Source of the DNA: Lytechinus pictus | Taxonomy: Eukaryota | Direction: 5' to 3' | DNA: 64,000 nucleotides | Assembly: GCF_037042905.1 (NCBI RefSeq) | Contig: NC_087252.1 | Coordinates: forward strand, 1,986,001-2,050,000 | Shown: positions 63,413 to 64,000 of the stretch, one piece after another | Layout: the number at the start of each line of letters is the position of its first letter | Numbering within the stretch: the first letter of the stretch is position 1 | Notes under the pieces: model-generated | Databases searched by the model: none | What the model saw: the letters and a program-made list of their open reading frames with translations, nothing else | What the model was told of the DNA's origin: nothing | Program-made: the position numbers and the translations under genes

Positions 63413-64000
63413 GGCAGTGGAACGTATTTTTGTTGAGGGGGGAAGCAAAAAGGGAACTTATATGTCAAAATGGGCATTTGGTGCAAACGAATATTTTCAC
63501 CGAAAAATTATCATATGCGTGAAGTAATTGTGAGTTTTGTGGTACTAAATTTGAGCACAGCCTTTTTGAAGGGATTTGTGATTGATTACACATAAATGTA
63601 TGCTTTATTTCTTCTGCGAGCAAACGATTACCGAAAAATTTAAAAATCTGTAAAAAATTAAATTCGATTTTTGGTGAATTTTGGTGAATATTAATGTCAA
63701 AATGTCACCTTTGCGAGATGTTACAAGCGCGAATCACCATCTCAAACTTCTGGATATTTTATGTAATAAGACAAAATAAAATACATTACGACCAGTTTTT
63801 GTTATGAAAAAAATGTCTAATCTAATTAAATAACTAAAGAATTTACGCAAGCGCGAAGCGCAAGCATTTAGTGACTGATGAATAGGATACATCTAACAAA
63901 TCAGGTATGGGAGAGCGGGGCTAATCCGCCCCAGGAGCAAGTCCGCCCACAACTTGATCTGACACTTTGCCGTGACTGGATGAATTACAATTCACAATAA

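Overview
Eukaryotic, AT-rich, repeat-dense DNA; the repeat style suggests a sea urchin (inference, not verified). The main content is a minus-strand tandem cluster of three paralogous multi-exon genes that I assembled by hand from splice sites and reading frames. They encode type-I membrane receptors: signal peptide, Ig V-type domain, Ig C1-like domain, Ser/Thr stalk, transmembrane helix, then a long cytoplasmic string of death-fold-like domains, each on its own phase 1-1 exon. Gene B (41749->20371) is complete at about 1300 aa with about 9 death-like units. Gene A (13855-><1) runs off the window with at least 6 units. Gene C is only the last four exons (58478->54483), inside a duplication of B's 3' end (about 14.4-29.1 kb vs 50.8-58.6 kb). 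Introns and intergenic DNA hold many non-autonomous DNA transposons with readable TIRs and TSDs (hAT-, Kolobok-, Harbinger-like), a 3.3 kb foldback element with about 1 kb arms, two tRNA-derived SINEs and a decayed RLE-type (HERO-like) non-LTR retrotransposon. Domain and family assignments come from motif recognition only; no searches were run.
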